Below are positions 25,777 through 38,400 of a DNA stretch of 64,000 bases, piece after piece. Below the pieces are notes generated by a model. It did not search any database. It was not told the origin of the DNA and worked only from the letters and a program-made list of their open reading frames with translations. This DNA comes from Neodothiora populina (taxonomy: Eukaryota): the NCBI RefSeq assembly GCF_041146345.1, contig NW_027191406.1:1240001-1304000 (forward strand). The letters run 5' to 3'. The translations under genes and the position numbers were made by a program. Every line of letters begins with the position of its first letter. The stretch's first letter is position 1.

Positions 25777-26719
25777 ATGTTTGCGCCTGTATTTGCACAA
25801 GTCTATCTCCTATCGCTCTCCCATCATTTGATTCTGGAAACCTCAACCTCTCAGGAGAGTATAGACCAACCACTGCTTCCTACGCCGCGCCAAAGACAAG
25901 CCGGTGTAAGTGCACTCCTACTTTTGGCTATGTCGTCGACTATCACGGAATGGCTAAAAATATGAACAGGGGCCATCTGGTGGCTTCCAAAAGCTTCCTA
26001 TAGAGTTGTAGAGAAGCATTATAAAGTCCCTGTTCGCGGAGAAAGAAGACCTTGTTATTGATGGCAAATGGCATCTGCCCTCTCTGGCAGCAACAAATCG
26101 CAGCCTACAAGCTCTGGCATGGGAATTCTTCTTTCGCATGAAGAACGAGCTGACTATCAACCCCGACGAAAACAAGTCAGCGATGCGTTTTCTGACACAA
26201 CTGCCGGCGATCGCATATCTGCACCTCCATCGTTACGTGCACAAGATAACGCTAAGCTTCACTTACTATATGAGCATTCAGAAATTCAACCACAGCCATG
26301 ACAATGGTCTGTACAAGATATTAGATGGTACAATTGTCGCAAGACACGAACCCGAGATTTTTGCACTGATGCCGATGCTCAAATTTGGCAAGCATTTTCC
26401 AGTTCCAATGCTGACAGGCCCCAATAAGGCTGTATTTATGGAGATCTTCAATGCCGGCCTACGTAGGAAATGTCTTCTATCTCCGTCTAGCGGCGAAGTT
26501 GAGATGGGCAACTTTGTGAGGGGGTTCTTGCACCCTAAGAGGAAGGACTACAGACTTATGCAGTCATTAGCTGCAAAGGCATGGACTGTAGCCTCGGCCG
26601 AAGACAAGGCAACTTGGCATGCAGAGGAAAATGAAGATCGTCACTGCCTTATCGAAGCCTGGCATGCCAAAAAGCAAGCTCAGAAGGAGAATCTGATCTC
26701 TAACAGCGAATCCAATTGA
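25777..26719 (+). pseudogene. F-box-like protein with HMG-box-like tail, interrupted by one in-frame TAG (26009-26011); intron 25906-25969; start uncertain
   Basis: Spliced ...RQAG|GPSGGFQKLPIEL*RSIIKSLF...LPSLAATNRSLQALAWEFFF continues in frame into ORF 26138-26719; tail LAAKAWTVASAEDKATW resembles HMG helices 2-3. Confidence 0.5.
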
Positions 26720-27399
26720 GCATTCTGTACAAACAAACATACCCTGGACGGGGAGGACGAAAAGGGCTATATGGATGCAAGCAAACTAGATCATAAAGTA
26801 GATCTTTTTACATCTAGGCAGGACCTGATGTAGCAATGGCCATCGCATCCAATTCTACTTGCAGTGTCCCCAACTGCCTATGTTGTTGCCACTTTCTATA
26901 CGTCTGGTTTCGCAATGTTACATATTGCCAGACCATACACAATCGATTTCATCAAATCCAAAGTGGATTCGTGGCGGAAGATCACTCAAGCTTTGGTCCA
27001 GGGACACAGATTGCGCAGAACACAAGCGGCGATATACGATAAACAGACAAGAAGGACTGCTTCACAACCCTAATAGCACTAGTATCAGTGGATCGATAAT
27101 GCGCTGCTTTCAGCATGGTCATATTGACAAGCACCGATGTGTTTTGAAACCTAGGTGGTGAACAGGGACGCATGTCCGGTGGACTAACTGTCTACAAGCA
27201 ACATGTTTCCACGGACCTCACGAAGCCAACTATAACAGATACACCAGGACTTCGAAGAATGCTGACAAGCAATGATGCCAGCCTCATGCCGCAGTTGCAG
27301 CCTTCACGACCAGGTCAGGCCGATCTCGGGCGATGGAGACATGCAAGACCGCCACGAATCCCTTGAAGATGCCAAGCTTAGCACATGCCTTGTTGGTGA

Positions 27400-28419
27400 A
27401 TGGAAGGAGCGCCAGAACGACATCTCTTAGCTCTCTTCGAAGCATATCTGCAGACTCCACATACACTTACTGCAGACGATCTACATACTCTCGCCTTCCC
27501 GCCTTCAAGGAGGGAGTCTAGAGCTGTACGTTCTTCGGCTCTTCTCGATAACACTACGATCAAAGCATTCAGACCCTATATCATCGCTGTACAAGATAGG
27601 CAAGCTACTCGGAGATCGCTCGTGTCCACACCTTCAGAAGTCCGAAAGAACGTACGTATCGATGAGAAGGGATATTGATTCTTTTTCTCTAACATTTGTT
27701 GGTATGAACAGGCCAGTCTGTCCCCATTGAAGACCAGCAATATGTCTCCAAGAACAAGAAGAATGACTGCGATGGCTGCCATCACGTTTCCTTTCATGGA
27801 CATGCCTCCTGAACTACGCTTCATTGTCTACAAGATGGCCCTCTGCCCTGATACTTCGGGGCACCGCACCCCAATTGAGACCCTCAAAGAACCTGCTCTT
27901 CTCCTTGTTTCTAAGACCATCAGAACCGAAGCATCGACCATTCTCTGGAGTCAGCCTCTTGAACTGACAGTCGAGCTGCCCTGTCGTCTTGGTCCTCGCC
28001 ATCCAAGGCAAGAAATGGTCCTGAGACGCTGGATCCGCCTTGGTCGCATCGGTCGATTGGACTTAGTCGTCGATATCGCCTTCAGAATTCGCAAACTCAA
28101 CTGGGGCAATGGCAGGATGCTGGCTCCGGTGCTCGATACCATTGCCAGATCCTCTATGCCCGCACCACGTGGTAATCTCTTTACCGCTTCTATCCAATGG
28201 GGCTGGCATGTATCCTTTACAATTCAGGATCCAACAGCACTGGCTATGCTCGATATCGCGTTCGTGGCACGCTCCAAAAGCTGGAGTCTCGAAAAGCTCG
28301 AACGCCTGCTTAGGGTTATGATGCACTGTAGAGGCTACACTCCACGTTTCCAAGAGAAGTACCAGGAGTTTCTTGCCGACAATGGTCCTGATCGCCATTC
28401 ACGTCGTCTGAGGGCCTAA
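27400..28419 (+). CDS. F-box-like hypothetical protein; exons 27400-27651, 27712-28419
   Basis: Intron GTACGT...CTAAC...CAG joins two ORFs in phase 0; FPFMDMPPELRFIVYKMAL and EPALLLVSKTIRTEA are typical of fungal F-box-like proteins. Confidence 0.6.
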
Positions 28420-31400
28420 GTGAATGGAACACGGCCGAGCACTGACTGCTGTCTTTTCAATTTCCTTTCAAAGCAACACAAACTTCACTTCCGTTCATCT
28501 ACAGACAGAGAATCGTCTGCGTCTACCGCGATACCTGTATCACAAGGGGAATTCTGTAGCATCTACCGCTACTTCCTGAGTGAGAGGTTAGGGGATGATC
28601 TGCTTTTATGTGACGCTATACGCGTCTAAATTACTGTCGCATCGTAATATATAGATATCCGAGTTGATCTACCTGTTAGTATCGCTTATCTCAAATGAAT
28701 ATTTCAATATAAACTCTGCTCGCGCGCTATACTCTGGAGGATCAGAGGCCTGATATAGAATTTGGTTCGGTTCATATAGTCATGATACATCGCATCGAGA
28801 GGTGAGAAAGTACCGTTCTGGTGACAGCTTGCGAACCAGCAGACCCAGCGACCAGGGCAAATATCAAATGAAGCTAAGCAACCACCGAACGCCTAGCGCC
28901 ATGTCCATCAACAAATAGAAGCAAATGTGCCAGACCAGACCCTCAACATAGAGCACCGGAGCACGGATCACCGAGACAGAGGGCTATATAAGGAGCCCCC
29001 ACCCCCTTTCCTCTTCTCATCCTCTTTCTTCAACCCGCCGCTTAGAGACAAACAGAACTCTGAAGCGTACAACATCCCGGCTATGCCCTTCTTTCCTCCT
29101 TTCCTCAATGAAGGTTGACATGCCTGACGCTCAGTTCGAGATTGATAATAACCAGACAGTCTCTTATGACTTTCTCTACCATTCACCGCGAAGATAGAAG
29201 GCCTGATTAGCACGCTTCTATCGGTGGAGATCTGGTGCCGTTGGAGCCTTGCTGGTGTGCCTTTTCTGACGGTCACTTGGCGGGTGCGTTGGGTGGCATA
29301 CATGTTTTTTTTTCTGTGAAACTTCCATGTATGTCGACTCTGATGATGTGATTGTTCCTTTTGGTACTTGTTCGCATCGCGTTCATTTCTAAGTATGTGA
29401 ATAGAGAAGTGATTAATGTTTTGGACGTTCCGAACGCGATCGTACCTTGATCCTCTAGCATGAGAACATCGCACACTAGTCACCAGTCTGACCAGACCAG
29501 TCGCTTCTGAACCCAACTGTTGCTTAAATGCCTCTGAATGTATCCTTCTTGCCGTCTCATACCTGATGATCCTTCTATTTGTACGCTCACCATGATTATG
29601 TCCTGCAGTAGACAGAAATCCAAGGCCAAGTCCCTCTGACAGAACCAAAGTCAGGGGTGGAGTAGAGGACAACACTGACTGAACCCCAAATGAGAACAGG
29701 AATCTTGAACTAAAAAAAAACCATCTATGATTACCTGATACATCACAGCCAAAGATTATAAGGCATTATAAGCAGAATGAGTGCCTTTCGAACTATCTAC
29801 TGAAGCTTCACGATTGTGCCGACTTTTATGGTGGTGTGGACTCTGGCAATGTGTAATAGCCTTACAGCATTAGTGATAGCGACTAGGCTGATCAAGGCAT
29901 GAGAGAAGACTGTACAAGACAAGAGTGTGTGAGGTGTTTGGCATCGCCCTGTTCAAGCATGTTCCTATATTCCAGGAATTCGAGGTAGAATTCGTGTTAT
30001 GGACCTCGAGATGAGCCCGAGAGGCGTTCCGCCATGCTTGATATAGGCTTTCGACACTCGAAATAGACGTACGCCAAAAGTGAAGATTCTGAAGGAATTG
30101 TGCGAGCCGGGAGGCTGGGGAGGCCGGGCGTCAGTTGCGTACTGACCTTTCACAGCACCATTTTCAGCCGATTCGGCTTCAATCATCAGACAAGAAGGAG
30201 TGAGAGCGGAACAGTCGGATTGTGACCACAGTCAAGATCAGGGCGAATGAAGAGTTGAGGGTCGTCCATATGTAGGCTAAGGGTGAGTAATATGGCTAGG
30301 CAGAGGTGGTTAGCAGAAGCATTCTTCCTCACTTGTGCCAGGAGTAGCAGACGATCCTGTTGAGCATGTGCGCGGCTGTTTGTTATCAGTAAGAATGATT
30401 AAACAAGAAGAATGTTTAAGTGAGCCAGTCGGAGGATGTGCACAGGTCCTGAATGATGCTAAATCGACTTCTGTTGGTACTGAACAGGTAGAAAGATATG
30501 GAAGCGGTATAGCAACCAATTGTAATCAAGGTGATAGACATCACAACCTCTGGTCACCCGAATTGTCTAATGTATATCAGTGTACCTTAATCAAGACGCC
30601 CTACTTGCATCTTATCCTTGCATCATCTACCTGCTGTAGTAATGGAAGGTACGGCGGGATATCCCGGTCCTTGGCACTGCCGGTCTCTTAATCATACCTA
30701 AGATTGCTCACTTCTCTCTATCTCCTGCTTTTCCTTCCCATTGCCCTGCTTCTTTTCTGTTTGAGCTTAATGCCACGAGAGTGCAACATGTCGATGGACA
30801 GAAGGAAGTGAAAGGATCCTGGTAGCGATGATATGCTTTGATGAACTTCCCTATGATTTCCAAAGCCTTCGCTCGATCCTATAGAGAAGCCATAACTCCG
30901 GCATATGTATCTGTCCCTCTAGAGAGGGTACGGCAGGAAGGTCGTCTATAGCTGCGACGGCTGATGGAGCCTTGATGCAGGTCAATCATACCTGCGTTAA
31001 GAGCGTTGGGAAGCCTACATCGTCCTTTAGCTATTAGATCTGTAAGGTATCTATCTTGTGTTTCGTTTTGCTTGTGGGAACGCGTCCTTCTCTTAAGCTG
31101 GTCCGTGTAAAGGTTGGGCAAAAGGCATCGCCTTAAGGATTTCCATGATGTGAACATGCTATCCTGCTTCTGCTTCTCGAATATCAACCCATCGTCGTCC
31201 TTGTGATGAAAGCTGAAGGTAAGTGACATTGTTCATCGCATGCCATTACATGCTGAGAGTGACTGTATCTTGTAAGTGTTTTCATAAGCTGTATGCAAAT
31301 CCCTCGATTTGTATTCCAGGTGTACTTACAAATATGTAGGAGGCAGTCTCGGCCGCGCATGGCTTCTAATTGATTGATATTCAACTAGTAGTGAGCTAGC

Positions 31401-33272
31401 CTTGAGCGTAATTGATCGCGATCATCAAGAGTCGGTCTTCGCTCCATCCTGGAGATAACTTGTCCAGGCTGCTAAGTCGCGTCATCCTAGCTTACTTTCT
31501 TCCTTCGCTACAACTCCAGCGTACAAGCCACCAAACACTGCTAGATGCGCGCCACTGTGATTACTTGTCGTTAAACATGTCAGACTCGGCAAATCCAAGT
31601 CACCTCGATTCCAGCGCATGCAGAGTTTCTTAGTGTGGCTCCTTTCTTATGGATCGCCCTTCACTTCCCAGTGTAAGGGTTTTGCTCCCATATAAGCTCC
31701 AGGAAAAGCACGAAAGATCACCATGACCTCACACACATATCCGGACATGGCATTTGGGGGATTGGGTACTCCACAGGACGTCCTGTTTGTGACACACCCA
31801 CGCAGGATTGGACTGCTCCGAAAAGAAAAGGCTTGCGGAAGCTGTATTCTTCAAGCAGTCAACACGCGCACGACACTCGGTAACACGCAGAAGTTGGCAA
31901 AGCAAAACATAGCGATCTAACCCGGTCCACAACCTGGCTGAAATCGATGTATCCAAAGCATCCTTTAGATGGACTGTCTGCTTGATATGTTCAGACCACG
32001 AATCCAATGACTTTGGGAGATTGAACACGGATATTCCGGCGATCCAGGCAGTATATCACCGTCCGAGTCATGGCTGGCCTTTTACAGGTGATACGAGTAT
32101 TTCTTCGGAGATCTACGGGCCGATTTGTTGTCGTCTGACAGTTGTTTGGTCTCACATCAGGGAAATTCATTATTAGAATTCGAACGCTGAGTGGGAATTC
32201 CCGTCATGCACGGGCCTATACAGCTGAATATATGCGGTCTCTGCTGCGAGAAACACATGTGATTCAGCGCCAACACTTCGAAATACACAATCGGACGGCA
32301 AGCTGATATGCACCTTATTCTGACCTCTGAACGACGCACCTACCCCGGCTTGGAATGTCATGAGTCGAGGAAAGCGGAATGCTTCGCTACAATGTCAGTG
32401 ACACGGCGCAGACCACGTGATAGATCGGGTATCATCTCTCATCACTCCTGAGCATGCTATAAGCTGCACATCTTACGGTCGCATAGAGCAGCCACTTCTT
32501 CGCAAAGGAGTCGAACCCCGGCTGGACAGCGTGTGCATCTGCGATGGAACTGGTATAGGGGACTTGTGATAAGAGTCATATCGAGGGTACGATGCTACGG
32601 TAGGTAGTCAGGAAATTGAGTGAGCCAAAGCTTACGTCAACAATATGGGATCACGCTATCTCCTTTGACTGAAAGAATATCAGGCAGACAGGCTGCCTGG
32701 GAATTCATAGCGCCGCGGATGCAAGGCACGTCAACTTACTGTATCACTATGAGGGTTCGCTTACTGACAAGACAACCAGTGTCCATTTTGTCAGATGAAT
32801 CTGCCCATCTCAAGTACTGTAGAGCGAAGATCCCACACCAGATCGGCCAGTGAACAGTATGACGAGGTCGAAATAAGCGTGTTCCGAGGTTCGATTGACA
32901 AGTTCATTGCGGAGGCCCCCCCGAGGAACGACGGCAGTGAATAGAAACCGACGCTGATTGGCCACTCGACATCTAAACCCCGCGAGAAAGACAAAGCCTA
33001 AAAGTGTGATGCAGGGCCCATCCACCTTCTGTTCTCAGGTCCTCGCATGAATATTCCATCATACAGCAGTCACGAAACAGACAGAATCTGCAACCCTTTG
33101 TCCGAGGGAATGGCGTACTGTCCTGGGACAGGAAAAGAGAGGGGTTGCCGATGAGGATTGATTGACACGTTTGATTTCTTTTCGACCGTCTTGTTCATCA
33201 ACTCCTCATCAACTTTTTGTTCTTGTCATCGTCATCTTGTCGTAAAGAAAACAAGAGATATTGGAGAACAAA

Positions 33273-34386
33273 ATGGCCGCCTCAGCGACGACGATACGCG
33301 GCGCTCGCGCCATGTCGCGTGCTCTTGTCGCTCCTTCTGCATTATCGACGACTAACACACTCCTTCGTTGCCGACAGCAAACACAATTCCTGTCCGGCCG
33401 TTGCGCAGTAAGCAACAGACTACAATGGACACCCACAAGAAACTCGTCGCATTCTCCGCTGGCTAGCAACAATGGCACTCCGACGCGCAAGAAGGTCACT
33501 CTCCCGTCATTGAGGACCATGTACAAGAAAGGAGAACCTATCACAGCAATCACGGCGCATGATTTTCCCAGTGCGCACGTAGCCGATCAGGCAGGCATTG
33601 ACATGATTGTTGTGGGGGATAGCCTGGCCATGGTCACCATGGGCATGGAAGACACGAGCGAGATCACCATGGAGGACATGCTATTGCACTGTCGAAGTGT
33701 TGCTCGAGGAACCAAGAGCGCCTTCATCGTGAGTCCTCTCCTTCGTCTTCTTCTCAATTCATGATTCACTAACAATACAACAGATCAGCGACCTGCCCAT
33801 GGGCAGCTACGAAGTCTCACCCTCACAAGCCGTCAGCAGCGCGCTACTGATGGTCAAGACGGGCCGCGTGCACGGCGTGAAACTCGAAGGCGGCGCCGAA
33901 ATGGCCGAGACGATATCCGCCATCACGCGCGTCGGCATCCCCGTCCTCGCCCACATCGGGCTGACGCCCCAGCGCGCCAACTCCCTAGGCGGCTTCCGAG
34001 TCCAAGGCCGATCCGCAGAGTCAGCGCGCCGAATCCTCGACGACGCCCTCGCAGTGCAAGCGGCCGGCGCCTTCGCCGTCGTCCTCGAAGCCGTACCCTC
34101 GGAGGTCGCGGAGATCATAACGCAGAAACTGGATATCCCGACCATCGGCATCGGAGCAGGAAGCGCCACCAGCGGACAGATCCTCGTGCAGATTGATATG
34201 AGCGGATACTTCCCTCCTGGTCGATTTCTGCCCAAGTTCGTCAAGAGGTTCGGAGACGTGTGGGGAGAGGCGCAGAAGGCTATGGCGGGCTACAGAGATG
34301 GGGTCAAGAGCAGAGAGTTTCCCGCAAAGGAACACGTGTATCCGATTTCTGCGGAGGAGTTGGCGGACTTTAAAAAGAGCGTGTAG
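33273..34386 (+). CDS. ECM31: 3-methyl-2-oxobutanoate hydroxymethyltransferase (PanB), mitochondrial precursor; exons 33273-33728, 33784-34386
   Basis: ITAHDFPSA, VGDSLAMV, DLPMGSYE, VKLEGG, HIGLTPQ, PTIGIGAG, PKFVK; Arg/Ser-rich N-terminal presequence; canonical intron. Confidence 0.96.
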
Positions 34387-34769
34387 AACGGTGTGACATG
34401 ACTGCTCGATTCCGTGATGATGACTTTTATCGTTCGTTGGCTTGGGGCCTTCTCGAGCTACTTGTAGGAATCTCGAAGGACAGAGGACAAAATACAGAAA
34501 AAGAAGTCTGTATGCACAAACCAAATTCCATATCACACCTGTGCTTGTTCTATCTCATCTCTTACGCCAGCAATAGAAGAAGTGGAGAAATGGCCGTTCA
34601 TGCAAATAATGATAGAGACCACGAGGGAGTCTCCTTTGCGAACAACAGGGAGGAGGCGAGGAGACGGTCCCGTCTGTAGGTAGTAAGATAGGCGAAACCG
34701 TCAAGGATGAAGGACGACGAACAGACGGAGGACAAAGCAGGCAGAGGAGAAAAGAAAATAAAGGTCCGC

Positions 34770-34774
<5 letters not shown>

Positions 34775-34804
<30 letters not shown>
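34775..34804. repeat. (GA)15 microsatellite
   Basis: Seen directly. Confidence 0.95.
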
Positions 34805-34806
<2 letters not shown>

Positions 34807-35439
34807 ACAGGCGCGAGGAAGCGTCAACGCTTTTCCTTTCCTCACCTGCCGAAGGGTTTACCTACTGTACCTATCTCCTAGTTGCATCACATACTGACTG
34901 ATGAATGCATCGCATACCTGCTGAACACGTTACATTTCCACGGATTGAGATCTATATCTGCTGACTACACTACACTTTTTTAACGAGAATGAGACGAGTC
35001 GGAAACATAGTCGTGGATTGCGCAAGGGTAGTTGACAAGCGTTTTGAGGCGGAAAAGAATCAGGGGATTGCGTGAATGTGAATAATTAGAGGTCGCAGGT
35101 TTATGGATTCTCGAATCTTGCTTCTTTTTGTTCGAGCACTGCGCTGCACTACACCTGCACCGAACTTCCTTTTCGGTTCAGCGCTCCGTCGCTCTTTGTC
35201 TTCTGTCTAGCTTTGTTGTTGTGAAATGGAAGAGTACAATAAGGTGGGAAAAGAGACATACAGGAGAAGAAGTATAAAAAACCCGGGTTCCAAAAGACAG
35301 AAAAGAAAAGAACAAGAAAAAAAGAACAAGAAAATACAAAATCAGATATTGGTTCTTGTATGCTTTTCCCACTCCAGCATTTTTTCATTTTTGTAATGGC
35401 GATTGATTCCTTCGTCTTTTATTTGTTCTACTCTTCTCT

Positions 35440-38400
35440 CTACTTTCCATCAGCACCAACGATACCCAGAATGATATCCTTGGCCTCCAGGACCCCGTCC
35501 TTGGATCCCGTGATCTCAATGGCCTCCTGTGCCTCTCCCTGCTTTGGAACCTGGATCTTGGTGCCCGTCTGCTTCCTGATCCTGTTGATCTCGGAGCCGC
35601 CGGGTCCGACGACCAGACGGTAAGACTTGGGGTCCGGCAGGATCAAGTATCCCGTGGCGTTGGTCTTTTCGGCTTCGGCGAGCGCCTTCTCGAGACGTGC
35701 GCGAGCCTTTTCCACGGAGTCGGCGTCCGCTCCGGACAAGACCCAGGGGATCTCGCCAGAAAGTGCGTCGGCGAAAAGATCGTGAAGAGTCCATGAGACA
35801 TTCTCGTCTGATGCGCCGCCTGTGGCGTCGTCGGTGATCAAGGGCATCGAACTGCTTGCCTTGCGTGCCGAGAGTTGCTCAGGCTTTGGTGGCGGCTTCT
35901 GGCCCGCGTGGTCGACGGTGACTTTGTGGTCAGACCGTAGACGACGGAAGAACTGTCCGTTGTCTGCGATGACGTGGTGGTACTTGATCGGCACGTTCAC
36001 CGTCGCTCCCTCTTGGTCCTTGGTCAGGGACAGGACATGCTCCTTGGCCTTTTCCACGTTTCCAGGCAGACCTGAGATCTTGACCTTGGAGCGCTCGGGT
36101 CCGGTGACAGACTGTCGAGGAATATCGAGCGAAACAGAAAAGTCCGACTCGATCTTCTTTCTGACATCACCGCCGCGGCCGATCAGCTTGCTGTGCTTCT
36201 CGGGAGCAATTTCGACAATCTCAGTGGTCTGGCTCTCGAGGTCTGAAACAAGTTTCTCGATGGCGGCGACAATGTTGTTGGCAACATCCTCGGTGGCCTC
36301 GACGCGGATGGTGTTGCCCTCGGTCTCGGCACGAGGGAAGCGGACCATGCGGGCAAGCTTTTGTCTGTCGTCTGGACCTCCGGCCTTGACGACGAGGTCA
36401 CGAATGTTAGCACCTGAGAAAATGGTTGTTAGTATGCGATACGCAATGGGCAGAAAAGAAAAAAAAGACTTACCTCCGCCGCCAATGATGGTGCGGTGGT
36501 GCTTCCTGTCGACATCGAGAGTGCGCGAAACGATAGAGTCAAAGGTCTTTGCTGCGGCCTCAATCTCCTTCTTGGCCTCCTCGACGGCCTTCTTGGAGCC
36601 CTTGATCTTGATCTCGGCACGTCCAGACGGGCTGGGTGCGTCACGTGCGCCAGGCACGTCGATCTGAGCGCCGGTCTTGAGACGAAGAGCGTCGAGCTCG
36701 CGTCCACCAGAACCGATAAGCGAAGGAAGCTGAGACTGGGCGACTGAGACGGTGGCTTCGTTGGAGTTGTCGACGACGTACTGCAGAAGACTGAGCAGCT
36801 CATCACGAGCCTGGTCGGCACCTCTGCTGGGTCCTCGCACGACGACCTCATCGGCTGCCTGGTTCGAGCGACGACCGGTCTGTCCCTCGGCGACAGACAC
36901 ATCATCGTCGTCGGCATTGCCAGAGCGAGGGAACTGGATCCTGACATTGTATCTGTCCTGGAGGCGGTTGACACCACTGCCCTTGGCGCCGATGAGATCA
37001 CGGTGGTATTGAGGCTTGACCTTGAGGACGTACGTCTTCTCGTCCTCCAACTTCTTGCCCATGGCGAGGATGTGAGACTTGCAGGCGTTGGCCTTGGCCT
37101 CGGGACCCTTGAGCTCGACCTTGCCGTCGTTGACCTGGATGTCGACGTCGAATTCCTCACGGAGCTTCTTGATGTTCTCGCCCTTGCGACCAATGAGCTG
37201 GTTGGCAAACTTCTGGGGGAAATCGAAAGAGAGAGTGAAGCCGCGTTCGAGCTCGTCCTTCTTCTCCTGCTCGATGAAAGCCAGCAGCTCGTTGACAAAG
37301 TCGTCGGCACGATCGGTGGGGCCACGGACCGAGACGCTCGGCGCAGTGGGCTTGCGAGCAGGCTGACCCCTGGGGCCACCGAGCAGGACTTGCAGAGGAA
37401 TCTGGCCGTTGGGAAGAGAAGCTTGTTGACGATCGACGTGTCTGCGGATCTTGTCGTGGAACTTGACGGGTGCCTCGACCTCACGAGAGACGATGTCCTG
37501 CTGAGCGCCGATCAGACTCAGCAGATGCTCCTGGGCCTGCTTCAGAGCACGCTGGAACTCCTGCAACTCTTGCGCAGATGGCTGTCTCCTGGGAAGCTCG
37601 TAGTCGGCAGCGTCCGAAGGGCCCTCGTAGACCAGGAGGATATCGTCGTCATCGCCGTACTCCTCGGGCACGACCAGGTGAACCCCGAACTGCTCACGGA
37701 CCTTCTTGCCGGCGTTCTGACGGATGTGTTGGTGGTAGAAGGGGTCGACGTGCATCGGGGAGAGTCTGGAGGGAGGGTGTCCGAGGACGAGGTTGGAGAT
37801 GTCTGAGCGAGCACGGATGCCGTTCTTTCCATCTCTTGTGTACACCTGCCAAGCGGTTCCCTGGGGCACAATGCGGGCGTCGTAGGTGCGCTCGAGCTGC
37901 TGGATGGCCTGTCGTTGCTGGAGGTATCTGGTGACGGCGTGGGCGTGTGCCTGAGCGCCGCCGGGGGCGTTGGGGTGCGAGCGGGCAAAGTCGACGGTAT
38001 GGGAAGACATGCTGGAGGCGAGGTCCATGATCTTGTTGACACCCTCCTCGAGCTTGTCTTCGGGGCCGACGACAAGAATCATCTCGTCATCCTCGGAATC
38101 GGGAGGGAAGATGACCGAGCATCCCGTCTCGGCGAGGAAGTCGTGCAGAGCAGCTCCCTTCTCTCCCCTGATGAACTCGTGGCGGCCGCGCTCAATGGCG
38201 AGCTGCTCGGCAGCAAGTTGCTGCTTCAGCTGTGCCACCTGTTGCTCGATCTGGGCACGAGCCTCGGCGGCGGCGGCGCGGTCACCGGCAATGTTGATGG
38301 GGAAGGCAGTCTGCGGGACAAAGGCCGGTAGCTGGCGCGGAGCGTTGGCTTGCGGAGGAGGCTGCGCGCTCCAGGTGTGGTAGTGAGGAATCTGCACATT

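Noticed and set aside
26138..26719. HMG-like ORF as a MAT1-2 mating-type gene
   Set aside because: Lacks the RP-x-N-x-F/W first helix and PGYKY-type tail, and no APN2 or SLA2 flank is present.
28310..28320. TTAGGGTTA telomere-like or telomerase-template-like sequence
   Set aside because: Only 1.5 units, inside a coding exon; expected by chance.
28968..29675. 235-aa minus-strand ORF
   Set aside because: Non-ATG start, crosses an A/T homopolymer, and composition is not protein-like.
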